IMG/VR virus record: IMGVR_UViG_3300045740_000163
Coordinates: 1 to 64,000 of that record
Reading direction: 5' to 3' (one strand)
Source: a virus
Length of the DNA: 64,000 nt
Under the pieces are notes generated by a model. It made no database searches and was not told where the DNA came from. It saw nothing but the letters and a program-made list of their open reading frames with translations. This document shows, piece by piece, positions 63,287 through 64,000 of this stretch; the first letter of the stretch is position 1, and every line of letters begins with the position of its first letter. Made by a program: the position numbers and the translations under genes.

Positions 63287-64000
63287 TCACTTGGCCAAGA
63301 TGACCCATCCCGACTTGGGTCCTTCAACCAAGAACCTCGGTCCTAGATTCTTTTTCGAGTACAAACGATATTTACCATCAGTAGACACGTAACCGCCGTT
63401 AACAAGATCCATCTCACCGAAGGGATCGTGAACCCAAAGCTTCGACTTATCAGCGGTGATGCCCACGCAGCAAATCCAGTGGCCTCCACCTGTTGGCCGT
63501 GACACCGGGCCCTTGTGAAGCACGCCCATAGGAACAGGAATTCCCTGTTTCAATTGCGACTCAATCAGAGCCCAATCGGCGTTCTGTACAAACTGTGCAT
63601 CAACGCCAAAGTGCTTCAATGCTTTAAGCTGAGCAGAAGCTTCTGTGGTGTCACCAAACCTATACACCTCTTTAATATATTCATCGTCACTACTAATAGC
63701 GTCAGGCTCCAGGCTCTCTAAGAGCATCGCACAGCTGCTGCTAAAGCAGGTGCGCATGGGATCTTTGCTGTTATCCCGCTGCGAGAAATAAGGAACAATA
63801 AGCTTGATCTCCCCATCAGGCTTAGGGGGATTCTCTTGCGTTTCCACATCGTTGATGATCTTCCAGTGATCTGGGAAAATCCACCACTCTTGATCAGGAC
63901 GTTGCTCTAGGAAAACTCGCTGATGAGACTCGCCCGCATACATCCTCAGTTCGATCCACTGCCACGCGCTGCCTTTGGGGACAAACAGCTTCTCCTCAGC
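63287..64000 (-). CDS. C39-like peptidase domain protein (probable cell-wall hydrolase), 5' end outside the window
   Basis: VPYFSQRDN...CFSSSCAM, GGGHW, DPFG; the frame stays open to the window edge. Confidence 0.8.
   Translation of the reverse strand, partial: AEEKLFVPKGSAWQWIELRMYAGESHQRVFLEQRPDQEWWIFPDHWKIINDVETQENPPKPDGEIKLIVPYFSQRDNSKDPMRTCFSSSCAMLLESLEPDAISSDDEYIKEVYRFGDTTEASAQLKALKHFGVDAQFVQNADWALIESQLKQGIPVPMGVLHKGPVSRPTGGGHWICCVGITADKSKLWVHDPFGEMDLVNGGYVSTDGKYRLYSKKNLGPRFLVEGPKSGWVILAK

Overview
This window is part of a tailed dsDNA phage genome, most likely a freshwater cyanophage. The evidence is an NblA-like gene, a DUF4278 gene with an NtcA box, a cyanobacterial-type boxA and several small protein types typical of cyanophages. 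The left half (1-31.4 kb) is mostly minus-strand and holds late functions: major and minor capsid, scaffold, portal, terminase, a glycosyltransferase/glycosidase/methyltransferase set, many low-complexity putative internal virion proteins and three tRNAs. The strand switch (31.4-32.8 kb) has no credible ORF. It contains a 62-nt perfect purine/pyrimidine alternation, followed by about 0.8-0.9 kb of densely base-paired sequence that starts with an rrn-leader-like GNRA hairpin plus boxA. This is a candidate large structured ncRNA and the top finding. The right half is plus-strand: small early ORFs separated by a repeated hairpin/AC-rich element, a secreted SH3b/L,D-transpeptidase module, MarR, dCTP deaminase, a DUF3150/MoxR/vWA module, PolA, SSB, a PD-(D/E)XK nuclease and a D5-type primase-helicase. 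It ends with minus-strand ThyX, HNH genes and a truncated C39-like peptidase. No integrase, CRISPR array, reverse transcriptase or recognisable tail sheath/tape measure gene is visible. All calls come from motif recognition by eye; no searches were run.
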